DNA of 64,000 nucleotides. It comes from Chloroflexota bacterium (GTDB taxonomy: Bacteria; Chloroflexota; Anaerolineae; Anaerolineales; Villigracilaceae). Numbering within the stretch: the first letter of the stretch is position 1; the number at the start of each line of letters is the position of its first letter. The position numbers were made by a program, and so were the translations under genes. Positions 48,974 to 58,832 of the stretch are shown here, piece after piece. The notes beneath the pieces were generated by a model, which was not told the DNA's origin, searched no databases, and saw only the letters and a program-made list of their open reading frames with translations. The stretch lies in assembly GCA_016234555.1 (NCBI GenBank), contig JACRBJ010000018.1, forward strand, positions 18,912 to 82,911, in the 5' to 3' direction.

Positions 48974-50013
48974 AGGCAGCCTATGTAACCGCTCCAATGC
49001 AAATCGAACTGCGCGAAACCCCGATTCCGCAAATCCCCGAAGATGGGATTTTGATCGCCGTCAAAGCCTGCGGAATCTGCGGTTCAGACTTGCGCCGCTG
49101 GCGGGAAGGTCCCGGAACGGAACATGATCCGTTGATTGCCGGGCATGAAATCGCCGGCGTGGTGACCAAGGTCGGCTCCCAGGCGAAGGGTTATATTGTT
49201 GGTGAACGCCTGGCGGTTGCGCCGGATGTCCATTGCGGAAAGTGCTATTACTGCGAGCATGGACTTTACAACCTTTGCGATCATCTGCATTTGATTGGTA
49301 TCACGCCCGGTTACAACGGTGGATTTGCCGAACACCTGGTCCTGACAGCGGAAATGCTCGACGGCGGGATCGTCCATCGTGTTCCTGACACTCTTTCATT
49401 TGCGGAGGCAGCGCTTGCCGAACCCCTTAGTTCCGTTTTGGCTGCCCATGCAGAGGCGGGCACTACCCTCGGCGACACGGTTGTCGTCATGGGGGCAGGA
49501 CCCATTGGCTGCTTGCACCTTGCAGCAGCACGGGCACGCGGAGCGCGGGTCATCCTTTCCGAACCGAGTGAAGTGCGCCGTCGGATTGCAACCCGTTTCG
49601 AGCCTGAACTGATCGTTGATCCCATGAGCCAAAACCTCGTGGACGAAGTCCTTCGCATGACGGATGGACTTGGAGCCGATACCGCGATCTGTGCCAACCC
49701 GGTGGCCGCCACACATGCCCAGGCGGTGGAACTCGTCCGCAAGCGTGGCAAGGTCGTTCTCTTCGGTGGGCTGCCCAAATCCAGCCCGATGACTACACTG
49801 GACGGAAACCGGCTTCACTACAATGAAATCCAGGTGATCGGGACATTTTCCTATCATCCGACCTATCACGCCCTGGCACTGGAAGCCATCGAACGAGGCC
49901 TAATCAATAGCGGACAGGTGATCACTCATACTTTTTCACTCGATGAGATTGAACGTGCCTTCCAGACCGCAGCCAGCGGTGAGGCGCTCAAAGTCATGGT
50001 TCAACTGCCATAA
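48970..50013 (+). CDS. Zn-dependent alcohol/polyol dehydrogenase
   Basis: CGICGSD, GHE, CGKCYYC...C, GAGPIG; ATG 48970 after GGAGGAG. Confidence 0.9.
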   Translation: MKAAYVTAPMQIELRETPIPQIPEDGILIAVKACGICGSDLRRWREGPGTEHDPLIAGHEIAGVVTKVGSQAKGYIVGERLAVAPDVHCGKCYYCEHGLYNLCDHLHLIGITPGYNGGFAEHLVLTAEMLDGGIVHRVPDTLSFAEAALAEPLSSVLAAHAEAGTTLGDTVVVMGAGPIGCLHLAAARARGARVILSEPSEVRRRIATRFEPELIVDPMSQNLVDEVLRMTDGLGADTAICANPVAATHAQAVELVRKRGKVVLFGGLPKSSPMTTLDGNRLHYNEIQVIGTFSYHPTYHALALEAIERGLINSGQVITHTFSLDEIERAFQTAASGEALKVMVQLP

Positions 50014-50036
50014 TCTTTGCATTACAGGATAACAAA

Positions 50037-51383
50037 ATGATTGGACTCAACTACGAACTCGAACAACGCGAAGCCTCCGGCAACCCCGTCCGTGTTGGAT
50101 TGATTGGGGCGGGACAGATGGGTACGGATGTGGTTGCCACATCGAAGATGATGAAAGGACTGCGGGTGGTTGTCACTGCCGACCTTGACCTCGAACGGGC
50201 AATTGCAGCCTATAAAATCGCCCAGATCGAAGGGGAAGTGGTCGTCGCGGAAACCGCTGAACAGGCGGACGCCGTGGTGGCGGCTGGAAAATTGGCGGCT
50301 GTGCGCGACTACCATATCATCACCAGCATGAAGAATATCGATGTAATGCTCGAAGCGACGGGAGCGCCTGAAATTGGTGCGCGTTCGGCTTTGCTTTCCG
50401 CCCGCTCCGGGCAGGATCTGGCGATGATGAATGTGGAGACGGACATCACCGTCGGTCCCATCCTGCACTGGTATGCCCAACAAAAGGGCGTGCTTTACGC
50501 GCTGGCTGCCGGCGACGAACCCGCTGCATGCAAGGAACTTTATGACCTGGCGGTTTCGATGGGCTTTACGGTTGTCGCTGCTGGTAAAGGAAAGAACAAC
50601 CCGCTCGATCGTCATAGCACGCCCGCTGACCCAGCTGTGCAAAAGGAAGCAGCCCGTCGTGGACTCAGCCCGAACATGCTGATCGAATTCGTTGATGGCA
50701 GCAAGACCATGATCGAAATGGCGGCTGTCTCCAACGCCACCGGGCTCATCCCCGATGTGCGTGGGATGCACGGACCCGAAACTGACCGCGATCATCTCAA
50801 CCAAACCTTTGCTCTAAAAGAGGAAGGCGGTGTACTGAGCAAAATGGGCGTGGTGGATTACGGCATCGGGCGTGTGGCTCCCGGTGTGTTCCTGATTGTC
50901 CGCACCGACCATCCGCGTTTGCGCGAAGCCTTGATCCTGCGCGACATGGGCAACGGTCCCTACTACACCCTGTTCCGCCCCTTCCATCTTTGCAGTATCG
51001 AAGTCCCGCTGACCTGCGCCATGCTGACCATCCGCAAGAAGTCGAATATGGTCCCGCTGAATCGTTTGGTTTCGGAAGTCTTTGCAGTTGCCAAGCGGGA
51101 TTTGGTCCCCGGCGATACACTGGATGCCATCGGCGGGACGACCTACTACAGCCTGATAGACACCTACGAAAACGCCAAAGCCGAGTGCCTGCTTCCCATT
51201 GGGCTGGCCAAAGGCGCAAAACTGCTTCGCCCGGTCAAGATGGATACCCCCATCACATGCAAAGATGTCGAGATCAAACCGTCCACTGTGTATAGCCTGC
51301 GGCAGTTGCAGGAACAGTGGTTCGACGGCGCGATTAGCGAGGTGGAACTGCTCAAGGCAGTTGATGAATTGGCAAGAGATTAG
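50037..51383 (+). CDS. NAD(P)-dependent oxidoreductase with C-terminal SAF domain (COG4091-like)
   Basis: GLIGAGQMG, NVETDITVGP, GDEP, AAGKGK, FVDGSKTMIEMAAVSNATGL, AKRDL-PG-TLDAIGG. Confidence 0.8.
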   Translation: MIGLNYELEQREASGNPVRVGLIGAGQMGTDVVATSKMMKGLRVVVTADLDLERAIAAYKIAQIEGEVVVAETAEQADAVVAAGKLAAVRDYHIITSMKNIDVMLEATGAPEIGARSALLSARSGQDLAMMNVETDITVGPILHWYAQQKGVLYALAAGDEPAACKELYDLAVSMGFTVVAAGKGKNNPLDRHSTPADPAVQKEAARRGLSPNMLIEFVDGSKTMIEMAAVSNATGLIPDVRGMHGPETDRDHLNQTFALKEEGGVLSKMGVVDYGIGRVAPGVFLIVRTDHPRLREALILRDMGNGPYYTLFRPFHLCSIEVPLTCAMLTIRKKSNMVPLNRLVSEVFAVAKRDLVPGDTLDAIGGTTYYSLIDTYENAKAECLLPIGLAKGAKLLRPVKMDTPITCKDVEIKPSTVYSLRQLQEQWFDGAISEVELLKAVDELARD

Positions 51384-51433
51384 TGTTGTTTTCCATTCCT
51401 GTGTTGATGAGTTGATGATTTTGGAGACGTCAG

Positions 51434-52459
51434 ATGATACCAACCATAGATACCGATGATGTATTGCTGAACGCCTTGATGACAAACTCACCGGATTTCA
51501 TTTTTGTGAAAGACAGGCAGTCGCGTTTTGTGAGCATCAACAAACCCCAGACCGAACTGCTGCTGGGTCTGCATGACCCAAAGGAAGTGATTGGCAAAAC
51601 GGACTTCGATCTCTTCCCCGGCAAGGAAAGCGACTCACAGCGTTTTTTCGAAGAGGAGCAACGCATCATGGAGAGCGGGCAACCGGTCATCCACCGCGAG
51701 TGGATGGTGCCAAACATCAAAACCGGCAGGAATATCTGGGTTTCCGAAAGCAAGTTCCCGCTTCGAGACAAGTCCGGGCAAATCATCGGGTTGCTGGGCG
51801 TCAGCCGCGACATCACCGCCTTGAAGGAAGCCGAATTACAAAGGGATAAGTTGACCCGCGAACTTCAGGCTATTATCGATGTCGCAGCAATGGTTGGCGC
51901 AATCCTTGACCCGCAGATCCTGACGGAGAAGATCGTCGAAAGTGTGCATGAACGTTTTGGGTTTCACTACGTTGGGTTGTTTATAGTTTCCCAGCGCGGC
52001 AGCCTGACGGAACGGGCGGGAGAGTATGCCTACCTGCGCGCCGGGAGCGGCGTTTCCGGACAGGAATTATTGAAAAGAAATCAAAAATTGAAGGCGGGCG
52101 GTAATTCTGTGATTGGTCAGTGTATTCAATCTGGATGCCCCAGCCACGTTCCCGATATCAGGAACAGTGGGCTGCAACCCTCCAACCCGTTGTTGCCTGA
52201 AATCCGTTCCGAAATCGCCCTACCGCTTGCCAGCCGACAGGGAACGATTGGCGCCCTGCTCATTCAGTCAAATCATGAAAACTTCTTTACTGAGCGCGAT
52301 ATTTCCCTCCTGACCGTGTTGGCGGGACAACTGGCATCGGCTCTTGAAAATGCGTTTCTGTATCAGCAAATTGACGTCGAACTCGAGCAAATGAAAATAG
52401 CCATGAAGTCCTATGTAAGATCAGGCTGGGATAGTTATCTCGGCAAAGGCAGCAAATGA
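51434..52459 (+). CDS. PAS-GAF protein without output domain
   Basis: PAS (IFVKDRQSRF...GKTDFD...SRDIT), GAF (RSEIALPL...GALLIQS...QLASALENA), short helical tail. Confidence 0.8.
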   Translation: MIPTIDTDDVLLNALMTNSPDFIFVKDRQSRFVSINKPQTELLLGLHDPKEVIGKTDFDLFPGKESDSQRFFEEEQRIMESGQPVIHREWMVPNIKTGRNIWVSESKFPLRDKSGQIIGLLGVSRDITALKEAELQRDKLTRELQAIIDVAAMVGAILDPQILTEKIVESVHERFGFHYVGLFIVSQRGSLTERAGEYAYLRAGSGVSGQELLKRNQKLKAGGNSVIGQCIQSGCPSHVPDIRNSGLQPSNPLLPEIRSEIALPLASRQGTIGALLIQSNHENFFTERDISLLTVLAGQLASALENAFLYQQIDVELEQMKIAMKSYVRSGWDSYLGKGSK

Positions 52460-52505
52460 ACTGTAACGGCAAAAATGAATTGCATAACCACTAAAGGAGA
52501 AAATT

Positions 52506-53915
52506 ATGGCAAAAGTAACTCTGGGTGTGATAGTCGGCAACCGCGATTTCTTTCCCGACCGGCTGGTGGCCGAAGCGCGGGCTGACATCCTGAAATTATT
52601 CAAGGAGATGGACATCGAAGCGGTCATCCTCGATGACAAGGCCACCAAACTGGGCGGCGTCGAGACCTGGACGCACGCAAAAGTCTGCGGTGAGTTTTTC
52701 AAGAAAAACGCAGAGCGTATTGACGGCATTCTGGTTGTGCTGCCCAATTTCGGCGACGAAAAAGGCGTGGCCGATACGATCAAACTCTCAGGCTTGAATG
52801 TCCCGATTCTGATTCAGGCATATCCCGATGACCTCAACCAACTGACAGTCGAACGCCGCCGCGATGGGTTCTGCGGCAAGATTTCGGTCTGTAATGATTT
52901 GCGCCAGTACGGTTATGCCTACAGCCTGACCGACCTGCACACCGTTCATCCGTTGACCGACAGTTTCCGCGCCGACCTGGCGAAATTTGTCGGGGTTTGC
53001 CGCGTGGTCAAGGGTTTGAAGAATGCCCGCTTTGGAGCCATTGGCGCCCGCCCGGGCAATTTCAATACCATGCGTTTCAGCGAGAAAATGCTCCAATCTT
53101 TCGGCATGAGCGTGGTGACAGTGGACTTCTCCGAAATCCTCGGCAATGCCAATAAGCTTTCGGATGATGATGCGCGGGTCAAGGACAAACTTGCTGCCAT
53201 CAAGGGGTATGCCAAACATGACTCTGTACCTTCCCCCGCTCTGGTGCGCATGGCCAAACTGGGTCTCGTCATCGACGACTGGATGAAGGAGTACGACCTG
53301 ACCGCCAGTGCCATCCAATGCTGGACTTCGCTCCAGCAAAACTACCACATCAACGTCTGCACGCTGATGAGCATGATGAGTGAGCAGTTGATGCCCTCCG
53401 CCTGCGAAGTGGACATTACCGGCGTGGCTTCGATGTACGCCCTGCAACTGGCTTCTGGTTCACCCAGCGCTCTTGTGGACTGGAACAACAACTACGGCGG
53501 CGACCCGGATAAATGTGTGCTGTTCCACTGCGGCAACTGGGCAAAGAGTTTCCTGCCGGGCATCGAGATCAAAAATGCTGAAATTCTGGCGACCACGCTT
53601 GGCACCGAAAATACCTACGGCGCTGTGGCTGGACGAGTCCCCGCTGGACCGATGACCTACGCCCGCATCAGCACCGACGATAATCAGGGCATCATCCGCA
53701 CCTACGTGGGCGAAGGCGAATTCACCGACGACACACTCGACACGTTTGGCGCGCGCGCCGTTATCCACACCCCCGGACTGCAAAAACTAATGCGCTACAT
53801 CTGCAAGAATGGCTTCGAACATCATTGTGCCATGAACGCCTCCCATTCTGCTGCCATCCTTGCGGATGCCTTTGAAACTTATTTTGGATGGGATGTCTAT
53901 CATCACGTTGGATAA
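52506..53915 (+). CDS. L-fucose/L-arabinose isomerase-family protein
   Basis: NFGDE, RRDGFCGKIS, AIQCWT, ACEVD, FHCG, GFEHH. Confidence 0.82.
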   Translation: MAKVTLGVIVGNRDFFPDRLVAEARADILKLFKEMDIEAVILDDKATKLGGVETWTHAKVCGEFFKKNAERIDGILVVLPNFGDEKGVADTIKLSGLNVPILIQAYPDDLNQLTVERRRDGFCGKISVCNDLRQYGYAYSLTDLHTVHPLTDSFRADLAKFVGVCRVVKGLKNARFGAIGARPGNFNTMRFSEKMLQSFGMSVVTVDFSEILGNANKLSDDDARVKDKLAAIKGYAKHDSVPSPALVRMAKLGLVIDDWMKEYDLTASAIQCWTSLQQNYHINVCTLMSMMSEQLMPSACEVDITGVASMYALQLASGSPSALVDWNNNYGGDPDKCVLFHCGNWAKSFLPGIEIKNAEILATTLGTENTYGAVAGRVPAGPMTYARISTDDNQGIIRTYVGEGEFTDDTLDTFGARAVIHTPGLQKLMRYICKNGFEHHCAMNASHSAAILADAFETYFGWDVYHHVG

Positions 53916-54114
53916 ATGCCCCCGGGCACTGAAATCTGGAAAGGAGGCTGATTGCTCAGAAGGAGAAGAGATTAAAAACGTGGATACAGACTGTTAGTCC
54001 AGGCGAATGAACAGGACAATCTGTATCCGGTCGGTTATGGATTTGACTCCATAACGGACTTATTTTACCAAATCGCCGTAATATCCTAATTAATAAAAGA
54101 AAAAGGAGTACATA

Positions 54115-56100
54115 ATGAAACACCTGGTTCGTGTTCTATCCGTTTTGTTGGCTTTGAGTTTTCTTCTGGCAGCCTGCGCTCCGGCTGCCGCGCCTGCTGC
54201 GGACACTGGCGAGAAAAAATACACCATCTGCTTTGCCTTCCAGGATCTTGAAACCGAATTCTGGATGGCTGGGCATAAAGCCATTACTGAAACCCTCGCT
54301 GCCAAGGGTTATGATGTCGTTGAAGTGAACTCCGGCTCCGATGCCAACAAGCAACTCGAGCAGGTCAAGAATTGTATTGCCCAGCAGGTGGATGGCATCA
54401 TGGTCATCCCTGTGGACGGTTCGATTGCCCTCAAACTGATTGCCGAAGCCAACAAAGCCGGTATTCCGATTGGTATCTTCAACCGCCCGCCCCAGAACGA
54501 AGAAGGCAATGCCCTGACCGTGGTTGCCAACAATGAGAAAATCGCGCAGGCAACCGTTGAATACATGGCAGAGGAAGCCAAGAAGCTTGGACGCAAAGTG
54601 AAGCCGCTCATTATGGTCGGCGACCTTGGTGACCCAAATGCCGTTGGACGTCAGAAAGGTTTCTACAACGCCATCAACAAGTATCCTGACCTGTTCGAAA
54701 CTCCTGTCGAAGTGGCGACCAAGTGGGATGCTTCCGTTGCGCTGGCTGGTTTGCAGGCTGCCATGACTGCCAATCCCGATATCGACTTCATTTTCACCTC
54801 TTCCGATTTCCTGTATCCCACCATCCAGAGCGTACTCGAACCGATGGGCAAGTGGAAGAAGATTGGTGACCCGAACCATGTCATTTTGGGCGGTCTTGAC
54901 GGCGATAAGACCGCTTGCAGTTTGATGCAGCCCGAAACTGGTTTTGTCGACGCCACTGGTGTTCAAGACCTGTACTTTGAAGCCGATGCCCTGCTCAATG
55001 CGATTATCGAAGCCGTTGAAAAAGGCGAAAAGCAACCCGATGCGTGGATTGATGACGCTGGGTTTGCGCTGACCCAGGGCAACATGGCTGAACGTGAAAA
55101 CGATATGTGGGGCTGCAAACTATTCAATGAAGCAGGCGGAGCCGCTGCCGCGGTGGAAGCTGCCCCTGTCGTCGAAGAAGGCACGAAACTCTGCTTTGCC
55201 TTCCAGGATTTGGAAACCGAATTCTGGATGGCTGGACACAAAGCCATCACCGAAACCCTCGCGGCCAAAGGTTACGAGGTAATCGAAGTAAACTCCGGCT
55301 CCGATGCCAACAAGCAGCTTGAGCAGGTCAAGAATTGTATTGCCCAGCAGGTGGATGGCATCATGGTCATCCCCGTGGACGGTTCGATTGCCCTCAAACT
55401 GATTGCCGAAGCCAACAAAGCCGACATCCCGATCGGTATCTTCAACCGCCCGCCCCAGAACGAAGAAGGCAATGCCCTGACCGTGGTCGCCAACAACGAG
55501 AAAATCGCGGAACAGGCTGTTCAATACATGGCTGATGAAGCCAAGAAGCTTGGACGCAAAGTGAAGCCGCTCATTATGGTCGGCGACCTTGGTGACCCGA
55601 ATGCCGTTGGACGCAAGCAGGGTTTCTATAATGTCATCAATGCCAATCCCGACCTGTTCGAAACTCCTGTCGAAGTGGCGACCAAATGGGATGCCTCCGT
55701 GGCGCTGGCTGGTTTGCAGGCTGCCATGACCGCCAATCCCGATATCGACTTCATTTTCACTTCTTCCGATTTCCTGTATCCCACCATCCAGAGCGTACTC
55801 GAACCGATGGGCAAGTGGAAGAAGATTGGAGAGGAAGGACACGTCATCATGGGCGGTCTTGATGGCGATAAGACCGCTTGCAGTTTGATGCAGGCTGATA
55901 ACGCCTATGTAGATGCCACTGGCGTTCAGGACCTGTACTTTGAGGCTGATTCCCTGCTCGCCGCCATTATGGACGCCGTCCAAAAGGGCGAGAAACAGCC
56001 CGATGCCTGGCTGGATGACCCCGGTTTTGCTCTAACCCAGGGCAACATGGCCGAACGTGAAATGGATATGTGGGGCTGCAAGTTGTTCCACGGTAAGTAA
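54115..56100 (+). CDS. Sugar ABC substrate-binding lipoprotein with two near-identical binding domains
   Basis: Lipobox LLAAC; two RbsB-like domains both starting CFAFQDLETEFW. Confidence 0.9.
   Translation: MKHLVRVLSVLLALSFLLAACAPAAAPAADTGEKKYTICFAFQDLETEFWMAGHKAITETLAAKGYDVVEVNSGSDANKQLEQVKNCIAQQVDGIMVIPVDGSIALKLIAEANKAGIPIGIFNRPPQNEEGNALTVVANNEKIAQATVEYMAEEAKKLGRKVKPLIMVGDLGDPNAVGRQKGFYNAINKYPDLFETPVEVATKWDASVALAGLQAAMTANPDIDFIFTSSDFLYPTIQSVLEPMGKWKKIGDPNHVILGGLDGDKTACSLMQPETGFVDATGVQDLYFEADALLNAIIEAVEKGEKQPDAWIDDAGFALTQGNMAERENDMWGCKLFNEAGGAAAAVEAAPVVEEGTKLCFAFQDLETEFWMAGHKAITETLAAKGYEVIEVNSGSDANKQLEQVKNCIAQQVDGIMVIPVDGSIALKLIAEANKADIPIGIFNRPPQNEEGNALTVVANNEKIAEQAVQYMADEAKKLGRKVKPLIMVGDLGDPNAVGRKQGFYNVINANPDLFETPVEVATKWDASVALAGLQAAMTANPDIDFIFTSSDFLYPTIQSVLEPMGKWKKIGEEGHVIMGGLDGDKTACSLMQADNAYVDATGVQDLYFEADSLLAAIMDAVQKGEKQPDAWLDDPGFALTQGNMAEREMDMWGCKLFHGK
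54228..56088 (+). repeat. Intragenic tandem duplication, period 963 bp
   Basis: CTGCTTTGCCTTCCAGGAT at 54228 and 55191; long identical stretches throughout. Confidence 0.92.
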
Positions 56101-56122
56101 AATTACCATCATATAATTAATT

Positions 56123-56153
56123 ATGGAGGCGGGCAATCTCTACCCGCCTCCAT
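56123..56153 (+). other. Intergenic hairpin after the binding-protein gene (mRNA stabiliser or attenuator)
   Basis: ATGGAGGCGGG-N9-CCCGCCTCCAT. Confidence 0.5.
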
Positions 56154-56225
56154 TCCCGACTGGCTTGGTTGAATGGTTTTGCCCGTCAGATATGCCGATT
56201 TCAGGCTCGGAAGGATTTCGATGAA

Positions 56226-57308
56226 ATGACCCTACGCGAGAAATTTTCAGGCGAGATAATCAAAGAAAAATTGGGAAGGCTGCCCCGACAAGTATTCATG
56301 TCGGAATACTTCATTCTTTTTCTGTGTGTTTTTGTTTTCCTGGCGCTTATCCCGTTTATTCCGGTCATTGCCAGCCCATATAATATGTCCAGCCTGTCTT
56401 CAAATATCTGGCCCCTGTACGCTGTCGCAATCGGGCAGACTTTGGTGCTTATTATTGCGGGCATTGACCTTTCACAGGGCGCAATTATTTCACTGACAAG
56501 CGTCATTGGAGCCTCGCTGATTGCCACTGCCGCTGATCCAATTATATTTTCCAAAAGCCCAATCTGGGGCTGGCTGTTATTTGAGAATGGCGGCATCCTG
56601 ACCAATAACGGCGCCGGTATTTTTCTCGCAGTGCTGGCAATGCTGCTGGTGGGATTGCTGATCGGCTTCATCAACGGGAGTTTGATCGTCTACGCCCGCA
56701 TCCCTGCATTCATGGTGACGCTTGTCACACAAACATTTTTTGCCGGACTTGCAATCTACTATGTGAAATCAGAAAATATCATCAACCTGCCGGATGGTTT
56801 TACGGCAATCGGCGAAGACAGCGGTGGACTGATTTCCTACGCGATGGTGATTACCCTCATCCTGGCTATTTCATCCCAATTTATCCTCAGCCGAACCATG
56901 TTTGGGCGCTGGCTATATGCCACCGGCACAAACATTCGCGCTTCAGTTGTTTCCGGCGTGCCGACCAAAAAGGTCGTCATCCTGACCTACATGTTCAGCG
57001 GCTTTTGCGCGGCAGTGGCTTCGGTCTTGTACTCTTCCCGCATGGACATGGGACGCCCCACCCTGGGCGTGCCTTTACTTCTCGATGTAATTGGCGGCGC
57101 GGTTATCGGCGGTTCGAGTTTATCCGGCGGGAAGGGAAAGGTACTCTGGACATTCTTTGGGGTTGTCTTTCTTACTCTGCTGGGTAATGCCTTGTCGCTT
57201 CTGAATGTGCCTTTCTTTTGGATCGAAATTGTCAAAGGCTCGGTGATCTTACTGGCGGCATTGCTGGATGTAATCCGCACTCGTATCCTTCAACAGCAAA
57301 ATGTCTAG
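56226..57308 (+). CDS. Sugar ABC transporter permease (RbsC-like)
   Basis: AGIDLS, IPAFMVTL, FGRWLYATG, AVIGGSSLSGGKG. Confidence 0.92.
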   Translation: MTLREKFSGEIIKEKLGRLPRQVFMSEYFILFLCVFVFLALIPFIPVIASPYNMSSLSSNIWPLYAVAIGQTLVLIIAGIDLSQGAIISLTSVIGASLIATAADPIIFSKSPIWGWLLFENGGILTNNGAGIFLAVLAMLLVGLLIGFINGSLIVYARIPAFMVTLVTQTFFAGLAIYYVKSENIINLPDGFTAIGEDSGGLISYAMVITLILAISSQFILSRTMFGRWLYATGTNIRASVVSGVPTKKVVILTYMFSGFCAAVASVLYSSRMDMGRPTLGVPLLLDVIGGAVIGGSSLSGGKGKVLWTFFGVVFLTLLGNALSLLNVPFFWIEIVKGSVILLAALLDVIRTRILQQQNV

Positions 57309-57311
57309 CAG

Positions 57312-58832
57312 GTGAATCTCATGGGCGATTTTATTCTCCAGTTTTGTAATATTAGCAAGAGTTTTTTTGGCGTTCCGGTATTGAAAAATGTCAGCATCGA
57401 CGTTCGACGCGGACATATTGTCGGGCTAATCGGCGAAAACGGAGCCGGGAAATCCACGATGATGAATATTCTCGGCGGTGTGGTTCCCTTCGATTCGGGA
57501 ACATTGCTGCTCGATGGACAGGATTACGCGCCTCACAACCCGGAGTCTGCCACCAGGGCGGGCATTGCCTTCATCCACCAGGAATTAAACCTGTTCACCA
57601 ATCTAAGTATTGCTGAGAATTTGTTTATCAACAACTTCCCTTACATCGGAAAAACACCATTCCTGAACAAGGTTCAGATTCGCACTCGTACAAAGGAATA
57701 TCTGGCAATGGTGGACCTGAACCTTTCGCCTGACATTACTGTGGATAGGCTCTCGCCGGGCGAACGTCAACTGGTTGAGGTTGCCAAAGCGCTTAGCCAG
57801 GATGCCAGTATCATCATTTTCGATGAGCCGACCACATCCCTGACGGCGCGCGAAACCGAAAGATTATTCTCCATCATTGATCGCCTGCATGGTGCAGGAA
57901 AAACCATCATTTACATCTCCCATATCCTGCGCGACATCCAGCAATTGGCTGATGATATTGTTGTTTTGCGTGACGGAGAAGTAATTCAGGCGGCTCCGAA
58001 GAACGAATTCACCATCCAAAAGATGATTTCTCTGATGGTGGGGCGCGACATCAAGACCTTATACCCGGAACGTACCTCGAAACCGACTGGACAAGTCATG
58101 CTTGAAATCAAAGGGTTGTCAAAGTCCGGGATTGTTCACGACATAAACCTGACTCTTCACAAAGGGGAACTGCTTGGTGTATTCGGACTGATGGGTTCCG
58201 GGCGTTCGGAACTGGCTCAAATTATTTTTGGCGTTGAAGATAGTGACAGCGGCGATATTATTGTGGACGGCAAAAAGCACAATCATCAATCCCCGGTAAA
58301 AAGTATCCAGCAAAACATTGCCTTTGTAACTGAAAATCGGCGCGAGGAGGGGTTGCTCATGACTTCCACCGTGGCGGAAAATCTCGGCTTGGTGACGCTT
58401 CCAAAGTTTGCGACGCCAATTACCAGTGTCGTGCGCCAATCCTCTCTAAATGATGCAATCCGCAATGTTGTTTCGATGTTACGAGTGAAAGCCAATGATG
58501 CCTTCAAGAATCAAGTCAAGGGGTTGAGCGGCGGAAACCAGCAGAAGGTGGTTCTGGGCAAGTGGCTGATGAATAATCCATCGGTTCTGGTGGTGGATGA
58601 ACCTACGCGCGGCGTCGATGTGGGCGCGAAGTATGAAATCTATTCCATCATCAACGATATTGTCGCCAAGGGTGCGGCAGTGTTGTTTATTTCCTCTGAA
58701 ATCGAAGAACTGATTGGCGTATGCGACCGCATTATTGTCATGGGAGGCGGGGAAATTCTGGGCTCTTTTGAAAAAACAGATTTCAATCGCGAGAAAATCT
58801 TACAAACGGCTTTTCGGGAAGGTGGCAAATGA
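57312..58832 (+). CDS. Sugar ABC transporter ATP-binding protein (RbsA-like)
   Basis: GENGAGKST, FDEPTTSL, LSGGNQQKV, DEPTRGVDVGAK. Confidence 0.95.
   Translation: MNLMGDFILQFCNISKSFFGVPVLKNVSIDVRRGHIVGLIGENGAGKSTMMNILGGVVPFDSGTLLLDGQDYAPHNPESATRAGIAFIHQELNLFTNLSIAENLFINNFPYIGKTPFLNKVQIRTRTKEYLAMVDLNLSPDITVDRLSPGERQLVEVAKALSQDASIIIFDEPTTSLTARETERLFSIIDRLHGAGKTIIYISHILRDIQQLADDIVVLRDGEVIQAAPKNEFTIQKMISLMVGRDIKTLYPERTSKPTGQVMLEIKGLSKSGIVHDINLTLHKGELLGVFGLMGSGRSELAQIIFGVEDSDSGDIIVDGKKHNHQSPVKSIQQNIAFVTENRREEGLLMTSTVAENLGLVTLPKFATPITSVVRQSSLNDAIRNVVSMLRVKANDAFKNQVKGLSGGNQQKVVLGKWLMNNPSVLVVDEPTRGVDVGAKYEIYSIINDIVAKGAAVLFISSEIEELIGVCDRIIVMGGGEILGSFEKTDFNREKILQTAFREGGK

Noticed and set aside
37690-56088. 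Diversity-generating retroelement TR/VR pairs among the near-identical repeats
   Set aside because: The repeats are long coding duplications, differences are not evidently adenine-specific and no reverse transcriptase is present
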